Positions 49,251 to 60,280 of a DNA stretch of 64,000 bases are shown in pieces. Numbering within the stretch: position 1 is the first letter of the stretch; each line of letters begins with the position of its first letter. Position numbers and translations under genes: made by a program. The DNA is from Clostridiales bacterium (lineage in GTDB: Bacteria > Bacillota > Clostridia > TANB77 > SIG350), in assembly GCA_015056545.1 (NCBI GenBank), contig SVGE01000004.1, positions 36,721 to 100,720 on the forward strand. Reading direction: 5' to 3'. A model generated the notes under the pieces. The model was not told where the DNA came from and did not search any database. It worked only from the letters and a program-made list of their open reading frames with translations.

Positions 49251-51632
49251 CTATTTTCTAATAATAGCTCCATTAGATTCAAAATGATTTATTAATGTAT
49301 CTTTAGCTACTGTTATTTCTTCACTAGTTAATGTATGGTCATTTGCACCAAATGTGAATTTAATAGTAACAGATTTTTTATCACCCATTTTTTCTTTATC
49401 TTCAAATATGTCTACTAATGAATAACTATTCATGTTTTCTATACTGCATGTAGCTATATATTCCTCAATTTGTGAATACTTAACATCTTTATCTACAACT
49501 AAACTTAAATCTAATGTAACTGTTTGATATTTAGAAATATCTGCATATACTTTATCTTGTTTATCTATTTTATTTAATTCATCTAATTTAATTTCAATAA
49601 TTACACTATTTAATTTTTTATCTATAGCATCTTTAATCTTAACATTTAAAACTGAAATATTACCTAATTCTTTATTGTTATATGTAATAATTCCACAATT
49701 TATTGGATTAATCCAACTATATTTTCTTTCAGTATCATCTATTATTTTAGGTAATATATTTTTAGTTAATTTTAAAATATTTGTAACTATTTCTTTACCT
49801 TTTAATAATAATTCTTCTTCAGATTTATTCTTACTAGCTAAAACAATTCCTAAGTTTTTATTTTCAATAGATGGTTTTCCATCAAAATGATATTCCCATA
49901 CTTTACCTATTTCAAAAATATTTACATCAGCAAAATTTTTTACATTTTTATGTAACATATTAATTAAAGTAGGCATCATAGAAGCTCTTAAAACATTATT
50001 ATCTGCATTTAAACTATTAATTGTTTTTATATTATCTTCAGTTTCAATTTTTAATTCTTTATTTAATTTTTTATCATACCAAACATAACTATGAACTTCA
50101 GATAAAGCATATTTTTGAGATAAAACATCTTTAATTATATAGTCTACTGTTTGCTCTTTTTCTTGTCTTACAATTTGAAGTGGTCCCATCGTTGTTTTTG
50201 GTACAATATTATCATAACCATAAATTCTAGCAACTTCTTCAACTAAATCTGCTTTAATTGAAACATCTTTTGTTGCTCTATAACTTGGCACTAAGACTTG
50301 CATTTCATCTCCATTTACTGTAACTCCAAATCCTAGTGATGACAATACATCCGCAATTTCTTTTGTTTCAAGTTCTATTCCTATAAGTCTATTAATATAT
50401 TCTTTTGTTATATTTATTGTTATCTCAGGATATTTTTTTACATAAACATCTGTAACAGATGATACAATTTTAATATCTTTGTCTACATTTTTTAATAACT
50501 TAACATATCTTCCAATAGCTTGAATTGTCATTTCTGGGTCTAAAGTTTTTTCATATCTTGCACTAGCATCTGTTCTTAAACCTAATTTAATTGCAGATTT
50601 TCTTACACTTACACCATCAAATGTTGCTGATTCTAAGAATAAGCTATTTGTAGTATCTTTAATTTCTGTATTTTCACCACCCATAATACCTGCAATAGCA
50701 ACTGGATTATTATCTTGGCATATCATTAAAGTATCTTCATAAATAGTTCTTTCTTCTCCATCTAATGTTTTAAATGTTTGCTCTTTTCCTAATGTTGTAA
50801 TATTAACATGGTCAACTAATGATTTATCAAAAGCATGCATAGGTTGCCCTAATTCCATCATAATATAATTTGTTATATCTGCTAATAAATTTATTGCTCT
50901 TGAACCACAATAATATAATCTAATTCTCATATTAATATCTGATACTTTTTTAGTTATATTTTCTATTGCAATACTTGAATATCTAAAACATTTTTCCCTA
51001 TCTTGAACATCTATATTTAATTTAGGTAAATTATTATATACTTCTAAATCTTCTACATCTAATGGTTTTAACTCTCTATGTGTAATTGCTGCAATTTCTC
51101 TTGCAATACCATAATGTCCCCATAAGTCTGGTCTATGTGTTAAAGATTTATTATCCACTTCAAATATTACATCTTCAATATCCATTATATCTTTAATATC
51201 TGTTCCAATAACAGTATCTTCTGGAAGTATCATTAACCCAGAGTGGTCATCACTTATTCCTAATTCTTTTTCAGATAAACAAACAGCTTCACTTAATTCA
51301 CCAGCTATTTTTGTTTCTTTAACTTTCATACCTTGCACCATACTACCTATTGGAGCAACTGGTACAATTATTCCTGGCTCAACATTTGGTGCACCACAAA
51401 GTGATTGAACAACTTTTCCTCCGATGTCTATTTTAGTTATTTTTAATTTATCTGACTGAGGATGTTTTTCAGTAGATAATACTTTACCTGCAACTACACC
51501 AATAGTGTCAAATCCTTTTTTCTCAATACCTTCAACTTCAGCTGTTGCTAATGTAAAACGATTAATTAAATTATCTATATCTATTCCATCAAGATTTACA
51601 AAATCTTTTATCCAATTTATTGATATATACAT
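49251..51632 (-). CDS. pheT: phenylalanine--tRNA ligase beta subunit
   Basis: 793 aa. tRNA-binding, B3/B4, B5 and FDX-ACB domain order. Downstream of pheS. Confidence 0.9.
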   Translation of the reverse strand: MYISINWIKDFVNLDGIDIDNLINRFTLATAEVEGIEKKGFDTIGVVAGKVLSTEKHPQSDKLKITKIDIGGKVVQSLCGAPNVEPGIIVPVAPIGSMVQGMKVKETKIAGELSEAVCLSEKELGISDDHSGLMILPEDTVIGTDIKDIMDIEDVIFEVDNKSLTHRPDLWGHYGIAREIAAITHRELKPLDVEDLEVYNNLPKLNIDVQDREKCFRYSSIAIENITKKVSDINMRIRLYYCGSRAINLLADITNYIMMELGQPMHAFDKSLVDHVNITTLGKEQTFKTLDGEERTIYEDTLMICQDNNPVAIAGIMGGENTEIKDTTNSLFLESATFDGVSVRKSAIKLGLRTDASARYEKTLDPEMTIQAIGRYVKLLKNVDKDIKIVSSVTDVYVKKYPEITINITKEYINRLIGIELETKEIADVLSSLGFGVTVNGDEMQVLVPSYRATKDVSIKADLVEEVARIYGYDNIVPKTTMGPLQIVRQEKEQTVDYIIKDVLSQKYALSEVHSYVWYDKKLNKELKIETEDNIKTINSLNADNNVLRASMMPTLINMLHKNVKNFADVNIFEIGKVWEYHFDGKPSIENKNLGIVLASKNKSEEELLLKGKEIVTNILKLTKNILPKIIDDTERKYSWINPINCGIITYNNKELGNISVLNVKIKDAIDKKLNSVIIEIKLDELNKIDKQDKVYADISKYQTVTLDLSLVVDKDVKYSQIEEYIATCSIENMNSYSLVDIFEDKEKMGDKKSVTIKFTFGANDHTLTSEEITVAKDTLINHFESNGAIIRK

Positions 51633-51644
51633 ATTTCTACCTCC

Positions 51645-52673
51645 TTAATTTAACCCTATTGGTTTTAAGAATCTTAAATCACCTGAATTTAATAATCTTA
51701 TATCTGTAATAGAGTATTTCATCATAGCAAGTCTAGCTAATCCTAAACCAAATGCAAATCCTGAATATTCATCTGGATTAATTCCACCCATTTCTAAAAC
51801 TTTGGGATGTATTAAACCACAAGGACAAAGTTCAATCCAACCTGAATTTTTACAAACCTTGCATCCTTTTCCTCCACAATACATACAGCTTGCATCTAAT
51901 TCAAATCCAGGTTCAACAAATGGGAAATAACCAGGTCTTAATCTAACATTAACTTCTTTTCCAAAAACTTCAGATAGCATAATTTTCATGAAATATATTA
52001 AATTAGATACTGAAATATCTTTATCTATCATCATTCCTTCTAATTGGAAGAAAGTATTTTCATGTGAAGCATCTAAATCTTCATTTCTAAAACATCTTCC
52101 AGGAAATATTGCTTTTAATGGTCCATTATATTTTCTCATAATTCTATTTTGAGCTGCTGATGTATGTGTTTTTAACAATTCACCATTTTCAAGCCAGAAT
52201 GTATCTTGCATATCTCTTGCTGGATGATATTTAGGTACATTAACAGCTTCGAAATTATTATATTCACTTTCTACTTCAAAACCTTCTTCAACAGTAAATC
52301 CCATTGATTTAAATATTTCTTCAATTTCTCTTTGAACAACTGTTATTGGATGAAGTGAACCCAAAGTATCCTCTGCTGGAATTGAGAAATCTATTTTTTT
52401 AGCATTTTCTAAACTTTTTAAAATAGCTTCTTCTTCTAATTTAGCTTTTTTAGTAGTTAATTCTTTTTCAATTTCTTCTCTTGTTTCATTAACCATTTTT
52501 CCTATTAATGGTCTTTCTTCAGCTGAAACATTTCCCATGTTTCTTAATATTAAAGTAAGTTCACCTTTTTTCCCTAGGTATTTTACTCTTACTTCTTCTA
52601 AACCATTTACTTCCCTAGCATTTTCGATTTCTTGCACACATGCTAATTTAATTTTGTTTAATTCTTCTTTCAT
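51645..52673 (-). CDS. pheS: phenylalanine--tRNA ligase alpha subunit
   Basis: Class II motifs (FPFVEPG, GLGLARLAM). Confidence 0.9.
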   Translation of the reverse strand: MKEELNKIKLACVQEIENAREVNGLEEVRVKYLGKKGELTLILRNMGNVSAEERPLIGKMVNETREEIEKELTTKKAKLEEEAILKSLENAKKIDFSIPAEDTLGSLHPITVVQREIEEIFKSMGFTVEEGFEVESEYNNFEAVNVPKYHPARDMQDTFWLENGELLKTHTSAAQNRIMRKYNGPLKAIFPGRCFRNEDLDASHENTFFQLEGMMIDKDISVSNLIYFMKIMLSEVFGKEVNVRLRPGYFPFVEPGFELDASCMYCGGKGCKVCKNSGWIELCPCGLIHPKVLEMGGINPDEYSGFAFGLGLARLAMMKYSITDIRLLNSGDLRFLKPIGLN

Positions 52674-52687
52674 CTTTTACCTCCTAA

Positions 52688-52960
52688 AAAAACAAAATAG
52701 CTATACTTAAGTCCTACATAGGACGAAGTATAGCTCCGCGTTACCACCTAAATTTATATTAAATACACTTCCGTATTTATATACACTCAAAACTTTTAAC
52801 GCAAGTTAAACGATATTTCCTACTTAATTCAAAAATACATCTCAAAAGTGAAATTTCAATAAAGGTATATTAGTAGGCTCACAGCTTAATAACCTACATT
52901 CTCTCAAATATATTGTCTTTATCTACTTTGCTTTGTCATCGACTTTACTTTAATATATTA
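52688..52960 (-). promoter_or_regulatory. T-box riboswitch leader of pheST
   Basis: Minus-strand AAATTTAGGTGGTAACGCGG matches the T-box consensus (52736-52755). The overlapping terminator hairpin agctatacttcgtcctatgtaggacttaagtatagct plus T-run lies at 52688-52736. Confidence 0.8.
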
Positions 52961-53055
52961 ACATAAGTAAAAAAAAATAGCAAGAGGAAAATGAAATATT
53001 TATAAAATACTACGGAAAAGAGGTATTGAATTAATCAATACCTCTTAAAATAAAC

Positions 53056-54213
53056 TTAAATTAATCTATCTAATGCAAATTTAGGTCCATGTATACATTG
53101 TCTAGCACAATTAAAACTTGGGAATGTACATCTTGCCCCTTTTGAATATGGAAGCAAATATTCATAAATTTCTGGTTTTGAATCTTTTGTATTATCCAAA
53201 AACATATTCATTGTTTGTTTTGTTTGGTCAGCTATTTCAAGCTGAGCTACTCCACATAATCTTTCTGTGCATTTTAAAACAAAATTTTCAACAGTTCCTC
53301 TTTCATTAATCTGTACAAGCATTCCTTGTGGGAAACAATCTGCTAATGAAGAAATATCTTTTAACCATTCATCTTCATATTTTGTACCACGTATACATTT
53401 AGGAACATAAAACTTCGGCTCATCAAGTAACATCATTTCATAACTTAATGTTCTATGTCTATGTGCTTGTGCAAGCTCGGCAAATGTTCCCAAATATGTT
53501 ACACAATAATTTTCACCAAATTCATTTTCTCTCTTTCTTTTAGCAAATATAGAAAATCCTCTTTCCTTAACTTTTGTATTTAACTCTGGAACATATAAGT
53601 CTTTTAAAACTGGCTGATTTATAAAATCATTAAGAACTTCTTTTAATTTAATTGCAAAATTACTTTCATCTGAGTTCTCAATATATTCTTTTGCCCAATT
53701 TATTATATAATTAAGCTGTCCAAAAGATAAAGTATGTTCCATTATTGTTGCCGGTGTGAATACACTTATTAAATATCTTGCATTTTCCTGTGCTAATTTC
53801 ATTGCATCTTTTTCAGGCATATCTGGATAAATTTTTAATATTTGGTTAAAATATATATCTATCCATTTTTCGTAAAGCTCTTTTTCCCTAAGTGAAGGTT
53901 CCATTTTTGTATATCTAGCAGATTTTTCAGAAGTGTTATATGCCTTCTCATTATTTAAAACCATTGCTAATATTTTAGGAATACCTTCAAAACTTAGATT
54001 ATATGTTGGATGCCCATATACACTATGATGTCCTGATACTAATGTCCCCTTTGCACGTTTTTCTGTTTTTTCCTTAGGTTCATTAAATAGAGTTTCTAAT
54101 GTATCTGGCATGTAACAAATGCCTGCTGATTTACCAGATAACATTATTGCCTCTTCTTTAGATAACTCATAACCTACTTTTGTTGAACCAATAATTCCTA
54201 CCTTCATGTTCAC
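53056..54213 (-). CDS. thyX: ThyX-family (flavin-dependent thymidylate synthase-like) protein, long form
   Basis: SAGICY, GHHSVYGHPTYNLSF and AHRHRTLS (RHR motif). 385 aa, longer than typical ThyX. Confidence 0.55.
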   Translation of the reverse strand: MNMKVGIIGSTKVGYELSKEEAIMLSGKSAGICYMPDTLETLFNEPKEKTEKRAKGTLVSGHHSVYGHPTYNLSFEGIPKILAMVLNNEKAYNTSEKSARYTKMEPSLREKELYEKWIDIYFNQILKIYPDMPEKDAMKLAQENARYLISVFTPATIMEHTLSFGQLNYIINWAKEYIENSDESNFAIKLKEVLNDFINQPVLKDLYVPELNTKVKERGFSIFAKRKRENEFGENYCVTYLGTFAELAQAHRHRTLSYEMMLLDEPKFYVPKCIRGTKYEDEWLKDISSLADCFPQGMLVQINERGTVENFVLKCTERLCGVAQLEIADQTKQTMNMFLDNTKDSKPEIYEYLLPYSKGARCTFPSFNCARQCIHGPKFALDRLI

Positions 54214-54372
54214 ATCTCCTTTAAAATATTTTTATCAATTGCCATACTATTTTTTTTGCATATTATATCACAGTAAAACACATATTGCATTAATATGTAT
54301 AAAAATTTTTTTAAATTTTTTTCAATTTTTGTATTGACATGCCTAAAATATTATGTTATTATATATTCACTT

Positions 54373-54461
54373 GCAGGAGTGGCGGAACAGGCAGACGCAC
54401 AGGACTTAAAATCCTGCGGGAGTTAAATCCCGTACCGGTTCGATTCCGGTTTCCTGCACCA
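54373..54461 (+). tRNA. tRNA-Leu (anticodon TAA)
   Basis: Anticodon loop cuUAAaa, long variable arm, CCA encoded. TTGACA promoter at ~54336 and terminator at ~54462-54510. Confidence 0.85.
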
Positions 54462-54736
54462 TAAAGTATCAGTACTTTGAGATATCATTGTATTGGTGCT
54501 TTTTTTATTTTATAAATTCAAATAATATCTTACTATACTAGTGCAGTTAATAACTGCACATTTTTATTCTTTTATATTGATATTAGCATTTGATAAATTA
54601 TGCAAGATATTCTTGCACAATTAAATTTATTATAAAACTTACATGATTTTCCTTTTATTGTTGACAAACATTTGTTCGTATTATATAATAAAAACAGTTA
54701 AATATTCTTAAAAATTTTTTTAAAGGAGGTACATCT

Positions 54737-55570
54737 ATGAAAGAAAAAAATGAGTTAATGGTCGAAACACAAAAAACGTTTGAAGATATTAAACATATTG
54801 ATGAAAATGGTATTGAGTTTTGGTATGCTAGAGAGCTTATGGTTAGTTTAGGTTATTCTAAATGGGGAAATTTTGAAAAAGTAATAAATAAAGCAAAAGA
54901 GTCTTGCAATAATAGTAATTTTAATATTTCTGACCATTTTGCCGACGTCGGGAAAATGGTCGAAATAGGCTCTAGTGCTGTAAAACAAATCTTAGATTTA
55001 AAGCTAACAAGATATGCTTGTTACTTAATTGCACAAAATGGAGATTCAAGAAAGAAAACTATTGCACTTGCACAAACATATTTTGCAGTTCAAACACGAA
55101 AACAAGAATTAAGTATAGATGAATATAAACAATTATCTGAAGATGAAAAAAGATTATATACTAGGAAAAATGTTAAAGATAAAAACAAATATTTATTTAA
55201 TACAGCTAAACAAGCTGGTGTAACAAATTATGGTAAATTTAATAACTATGGATATAAAGGCCTATATAATGGTGAAACTGCAAAAGATATTGCTAAAAGA
55301 AAAGGTATAAAAGATAAAGAAGATATTTTAGATTATATGTGTAGTACTGAATTAGCTGCTAATTTGTTTAGAATAACACAAACAGATGAAGTATTAAAAA
55401 ATAAAAATATAACTAATGAAAATGATGCCTGTATAACACATCATAGTGTTGGACAAGCAGTAAGACAAACTATAAAGAAAATAGGTGGAACAATGCCTGA
55501 AGACTTACCTACTCCCGAAAAAAGCATAAAAGAATTAGATGATAAAGATACTAACTTATTATCCGAATAA
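54737..55570 (+). CDS. RhuM / DinD-family protein
   Basis: IEFWYARELMVSLGYSKWGNFEKVINKAK is the family N-terminal signature. Confidence 0.65.
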   Translation: MKEKNELMVETQKTFEDIKHIDENGIEFWYARELMVSLGYSKWGNFEKVINKAKESCNNSNFNISDHFADVGKMVEIGSSAVKQILDLKLTRYACYLIAQNGDSRKKTIALAQTYFAVQTRKQELSIDEYKQLSEDEKRLYTRKNVKDKNKYLFNTAKQAGVTNYGKFNNYGYKGLYNGETAKDIAKRKGIKDKEDILDYMCSTELAANLFRITQTDEVLKNKNITNENDACITHHSVGQAVRQTIKKIGGTMPEDLPTPEKSIKELDDKDTNLLSE

Positions 55571-55617
55571 AGTCAAAAGAAGAAACTAAAATTTTCTTAG
55601 TTTCTTCTTTTATTTTC

Positions 55618-56277
55618 TTATTCTTCTTTATTATTCTTTTTTGCTAAAACAAATGCATATATAGTTATAATTATTGATACTAAAATCACTAAAACTAATA
55701 CTATTACTGTAAATATTGGTTTAAAAAATAATGAAATTATCATTAATATACCAGATATCATAAATGTATAACCAGTAAGTCTAGCTATTTTTCTATAATT
55801 TTTTTCATCTAATTTAGCTAGATATATATCATGTAAATGAATTCCTGTTCTAAAAGCAACCTTTTGGTCAGTTTTAGGAAAATAATTTCCAATTAATATA
55901 AATACTAAACCTACACATAAACATGATACTCTTCTAATATCAATATTATATCCTAATGCAAAACCTATTGTTGTTATATATATTACAATTGTTATAATAG
56001 GTATTATCCATTTACTTACTGCTATTAATTTATATTTTTTTTGTTCTTTATTACCTATATCACAAACAACACAGCAAAATATTTGTACTACTACCATAAT
56101 AATTGGCAATCCAAATATTGCAAATTCTTTTGACCCATAATTATCTGGTTCATTATTTATATTAAAATGTATAGGAACTTCATTTGGTAATGCATCATAA
56201 TAATACACCCCTACTAAAATTGGTAATAAACACAAAATACTTGTAATAATTAATACTTTCCAGTTAATTTTTTTCAT
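55618..56277 (-). CDS. SdpI/YhfL-family membrane protein
   Basis: DUF1648-like N-terminus (ITSILCLLPILVGVYYYDALPNEVPIHF) plus multiple TMs. Overlaps the upstream ArsR gene. Confidence 0.6.
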   Translation of the reverse strand: MKKINWKVLIITSILCLLPILVGVYYYDALPNEVPIHFNINNEPDNYGSKEFAIFGLPIIMVVVQIFCCVVCDIGNKEQKKYKLIAVSKWIIPIITIVIYITTIGFALGYNIDIRRVSCLCVGLVFILIGNYFPKTDQKVAFRTGIHLHDIYLAKLDEKNYRKIARLTGYTFMISGILMIISLFFKPIFTVIVLVLVILVSIIITIYAFVLAKKNNKEE

Positions 56278-56542
56278 TTTCCCTACCTCCTAACTGATAA
56301 ATCCAAATTAATACTTCCTCAAAAACAGATACATTCAAGTGATAATAAATAAAGTTTTTATATTTTGTTTCACCTACTAAATCAGCTTTTTTCAGTTGTG
56401 ATAAATGATAAGATACTGTTGCATTTGTTAAATTAAATTTTTCAGCTATTTCTCCAGCTGACTTCTTATCTTCTTTAAGCATTTCTAGTATATCTCTTCT
56501 TACAGGATCAGATATAGCTTTTAAAGTTTCCGAAATTCCCAT
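56264..56542 (-). CDS. ArsR/SdpR-family transcriptional regulator
   Basis: LKAISDPVRRDILEML...ATVSYHLSQLKKADLV winged-HTH. Confidence 0.8.
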   Translation of the reverse strand: MGISETLKAISDPVRRDILEMLKEDKKSAGEIAEKFNLTNATVSYHLSQLKKADLVGETKYKNFIYYHLNVSVFEEVLIWIYQLGGRENEKN

Positions 56543-56651
56543 ATAACATCACCTCTTAATCTATTTAGATATTTTTCTAAATAGATTATACTATATTTTT
56601 CTATATAAAGCAAGACCTATTTAGATTTTTTTCTAAATAGGTCTATTATCT

Positions 56652-57467
56652 TTATTTTATTTCAATATCTATTACATCAATTTGAGCAGGATATGTTTCC
56701 ATTATATAGCCTGAATATGTTATTTTTACATTTGTTCCAACAATATATAGTGCATCATTGTTTTTGCCTAAACTAATTCTAAATTTATCTGATGATTTTC
56801 TTTCTGCTTCATTTTCATTAGGTTCAACAATTATATATGATGATTCACTTTCTATAACTTTTCCGAAAAATGATTTAGTTTGCTCATTTTCTTCATCCGC
56901 TTCTTTTAAATATGAACATATAAGTATTTCTTTAAAATCTGATGTAATTTGATATAAAGATAATTCATTAAAAACTAATTTAACATGTATATAATTCCCT
57001 TCTTGTATTTTCTTAATATCATATAAATCATGTTGGTATTTAGATTTAGTTATTTTTCTATCATCTTTACCTGCAAATCTATCTCTTGTATTATCTATTG
57101 TTAATTCATACCCTTCATTTTCTATATATTTTAAATCATTAATAATTTCATCTCCTTCAATAGTATATGAAATTAATCTAACCGAATCATTTATTCTTTT
57201 CTTAGCAAAAGCACTTGTATTTGCAATAAATTCATTTAATCTTTTCAAATTCTTCACTTCACCATGCATTAATATAACTGCATTATCTTTATCTACTTCT
57301 TCATTATTATTTGCTTGCTCTAATGGTGGTGCATAACTATATCCCCATGTACTAAATATAACTGGAAGATTATTTTTCATTCTATCTCTATCTATTAAAA
57401 ATACTATAACTAAACAGATTATACATATTAATATTATTCCTAATATTATAAATTTTAATTTTTTCAT
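56652..57467 (-). CDS. hypothetical N-terminally anchored protein
   Basis: 271 aa with an N-terminal TM. Confidence 0.45.
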   Translation of the reverse strand: MKKLKFIILGIILICIICLVIVFLIDRDRMKNNLPVIFSTWGYSYAPPLEQANNNEEVDKDNAVILMHGEVKNLKRLNEFIANTSAFAKKRINDSVRLISYTIEGDEIINDLKYIENEGYELTIDNTRDRFAGKDDRKITKSKYQHDLYDIKKIQEGNYIHVKLVFNELSLYQITSDFKEILICSYLKEADEENEQTKSFFGKVIESESSYIIVEPNENEAERKSSDKFRISLGKNNDALYIVGTNVKITYSGYIMETYPAQIDVIDIEIK

Positions 57468-57656
57468 AAAATCATCTCCTCATATATTAGACACTATTTT
57501 TGTAAAAAAGTTTCAGTTAAAATTACTTTTTCCAATTATATAATAACATTATCTTTTCAGCAAGTTTTAATTATTAGTATTCATAAAACATATATATTGA
57601 AAAAAAATAACAGAAATGATATATTATTTTTATAATTATTAATTTGGAGGATAAAA

Positions 57657-58487
57657 ATGAATAATATTAACCTACCTGAAAATAATTTAAAAATAATAGA
57701 AATAATTTTAAACAAATTTAACGAAAAATATGTAGACCACAAATATTTTACAGATGGTGCATATAGCAAAGTTTTATTACTTAATAATAAATATTTAATT
57801 AAACAAAGTAATAAATTAGCTTTAAAAGCAGAAGTTGAATTTTTAGAATTAAATAAAAATGAATATATGCAAAAAGTTTTATTTGTTGATAAAAATTATG
57901 ATTTTGTTGCATATGAATTTATACATGGAGATATTATGAAGGATTTATCTGATATTTCTTTAAACAAATTAACTAAAACATTAGTTGAAATAGTATCAAA
58001 ATATCCAAACTATAATAGTAATACATTTGGATATTTTGATGATCCTGTTAATTCTTGGCCAGATTTTTTAATAAGTGAAGTAAACTATTCAAGTCAAAAT
58101 ATAACTCAATATATTCCTAATAATGAAATAGTTTTTAAAGTAATAAAAGAACTAGAAAATTATCCTTTTGAAACAAAATTATTACATGGAGATTTTGGAA
58201 CACATAATTTTGTAAAAAAAGATGGTAAATTTATTGGAATAATTGATCCTATGTCAGTAATAGGTGACCCCTTATATGATATTTTATTTGCTTTTGCTTC
58301 AAATATAAATATTATATATAACATATCTTTAGAACACATATATTCTTTAATTAACGAAGATAATAGAAAGATATTATTAATGTTAATTGTTGTTATGTAC
58401 TCAAGAATATCTAGATGTTTAAAATATCATAAACAAGATATAGATAAATATATGGAAATTTGGAACAAATTAATAGAGCAAGTTTAA
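57657..58487 (+). CDS. aminoglycoside/choline-kinase-type phosphotransferase family protein
   Basis: Catalytic loop LLHGDFGTHNFV and Mg-binding IIDP. Confidence 0.65.
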   Translation: MNNINLPENNLKIIEIILNKFNEKYVDHKYFTDGAYSKVLLLNNKYLIKQSNKLALKAEVEFLELNKNEYMQKVLFVDKNYDFVAYEFIHGDIMKDLSDISLNKLTKTLVEIVSKYPNYNSNTFGYFDDPVNSWPDFLISEVNYSSQNITQYIPNNEIVFKVIKELENYPFETKLLHGDFGTHNFVKKDGKFIGIIDPMSVIGDPLYDILFAFASNINIIYNISLEHIYSLINEDNRKILLMLIVVMYSRISRCLKYHKQDIDKYMEIWNKLIEQV

Positions 58488-58512
58488 AACTTGCTCTATT
58501 GTGTTTTTATTT

Positions 58513-58893
58513 TTATTCAACATCAGTTTTCCATAAACCATGTTTGTTACAATATGCATACACTGATGCACCTTTTACATATTTAAAACGCGTTTCTGCA
58601 TTTTGTTCTGGATATAATTGTTGCATATATTTTTTATCTTCTGTTACCATACATATCCATTCAATAAAATGTTCTTTTTCCATTACATGATTTACTTTTA
58701 CAAATATTTCATCTTCTACTCTTTCAACAACTGGAATATGTTTTTCAATACTTGCTTCTACTGTATTTGGAACTAAACTTTCCATTTTTTCTTCGCAACA
58801 CATAATTCCACAATTTTCACAAGTGCAATCTTCAATTATTAAAGCAGTAGCACCACATTTTTTACATTGTCTTATAACTAATTTTTCTTTCAA
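58513..58893 (-). CDS. dfx: desulfoferrodoxin (superoxide reductase)
   Basis: N-terminal desulforedoxin Cys cluster (CKKC...CENCGIMCC) and SOR centre KHIPV...H...EWIC. Confidence 0.75.
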   Translation of the reverse strand: MKEKLVIRQCKKCGATALIIEDCTCENCGIMCCEEKMESLVPNTVEASIEKHIPVVERVEDEIFVKVNHVMEKEHFIEWICMVTEDKKYMQQLYPEQNAETRFKYVKGASVYAYCNKHGLWKTDVE

Positions 58894-58913
58894 ACTAAAT
58901 CATCCTTTCAAAA

Positions 58914-59345
58914 TTAATCTAAAACTTTTTTATCTGTATAGTTTTTTACTTTTTCTATTCCATATTTAATAGCTTTGCATGTAGCTATTACTAAAACATT
59001 AATTCCTACAAATCTAATATTAAATAATATACCATCACCAATATATTGCAAGATATTTTGTCCAAATGTTAATTTAGGAAACATGAAATAACAAATAGTA
59101 TCTATTACTATACTCCATATTAATATTGATATTACAGATGCTAATAAATTTAATTTTTTATTATTAATTTTTCTAACTCCAAAAACAACTGCTCCAAAAA
59201 CTAATATATTTACTACTGGGAATGCTATTCCTAAACTTAAATTTGCACCTATTAACATATATGCTACCCATGCTATACATGCAACTACTGCTACCTTTCT
59301 ATTTTTAATATATGAACTTGCTAACATTAAAATTGAATTTATCAT
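58914..59345 (-). CDS. hypothetical membrane protein
   Basis: 143 aa with four TMs. Confidence 0.45.
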   Translation of the reverse strand: MINSILMLASSYIKNRKVAVVACIAWVAYMLIGANLSLGIAFPVVNILVFGAVVFGVRKINNKKLNLLASVISILIWSIVIDTICYFMFPKLTFGQNILQYIGDGILFNIRFVGINVLVIATCKAIKYGIEKVKNYTDKKVLD

Positions 59346-59368
59346 TTTTCTTCCTCCTTATATTTTTA

Positions 59369-59806
59369 TTAATACTTTTCTATTTTAAAATCATATACTA
59401 TATTATCTCCTATTACACAACTTGAAATTCCTTCTGTTGCATAATTACCATTAATATAATATGACCAATAGTACCCATCGCCTTGCTCTATATCCATAAT
59501 TGAAGTAATATATGCTCCATATGGTCCATCTTCAACAACTATTTTAGCTTCTGGAATCTCTTCAATTATATCAACTAAATATCCTTTTTCTGTTTTAATT
59601 TCTTTATTAAATATTATACCTATATCATCTTTTCCATAAATGTTAACAGATATGTTTTTTTCTATTCCAACAGCTGGATAACTTCTAGATTCTTCTACTA
59701 CCTTGCCTTCATTAATTAAATTATATCCAAGTATTGTTAAGCCAAATACAATTATTACTACTATAATTGATATAATAATTCTTTTTTTGTTTTTCATATA
59801 TCTCAC
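59369..59806 (-). CDS. hypothetical secreted/anchored protein
   Basis: N-terminal TM/signal peptide. 145 aa. Confidence 0.4.
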   Translation of the reverse strand: MRYMKNKKRIIISIIVVIIVFGLTILGYNLINEGKVVEESRSYPAVGIEKNISVNIYGKDDIGIIFNKEIKTEKGYLVDIIEEIPEAKIVVEDGPYGAYITSIMDIEQGDGYYWSYYINGNYATEGISSCVIGDNIVYDFKIEKY

Positions 59807-60238
59807 CTACTTTACTCTACTATTTATTACTTTCCTCATTATATCTTTTGAAGATTCATAATTAATTCTTTCAACTGCTTCTTCTAATTCAAACCACTGA
59901 ATTGTTTCAATTTCTTCTTTTTGTGGTATTATTTCACCACCTATTTTTTCAGCTACAAAGAAAATAACCTGCTTCCAAACATTTTCTTTTGGTGAATATT
60001 CCACTATATATTTATCTTTATTGTTTGGAATTATTACATCAATATTAGTTTCTTCTTTTACTTCTCTTATTGCTGTTTCAATCTCTGTTTCCCCTAATTC
60101 CATATGCCCTTTAGGGAAATCCCAATGGCCTACATTATGTTTAACTAATAAAACTTTGTTATTATCTAAAACTATACACCCACAAGATTTTTCGTTATAT
60201 TCCACAAATATTCTCCTTTCTGCAATGAATTTTATCAT
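59807..60238 (-). CDS. NUDIX hydrolase
   Basis: Nudix box GHMELGETEIETAIREVKEETNI. Confidence 0.85.
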   Translation of the reverse strand: MIKFIAERRIFVEYNEKSCGCIVLDNNKVLLVKHNVGHWDFPKGHMELGETEIETAIREVKEETNIDVIIPNNKDKYIVEYSPKENVWKQVIFFVAEKIGGEIIPQKEEIETIQWFELEEAVERINYESSKDIMRKVINSRVK

Positions 60239-60280
60239 ATTTTTGTTCTAATTAAAATAGTTTTTCAAATTTTATATACA

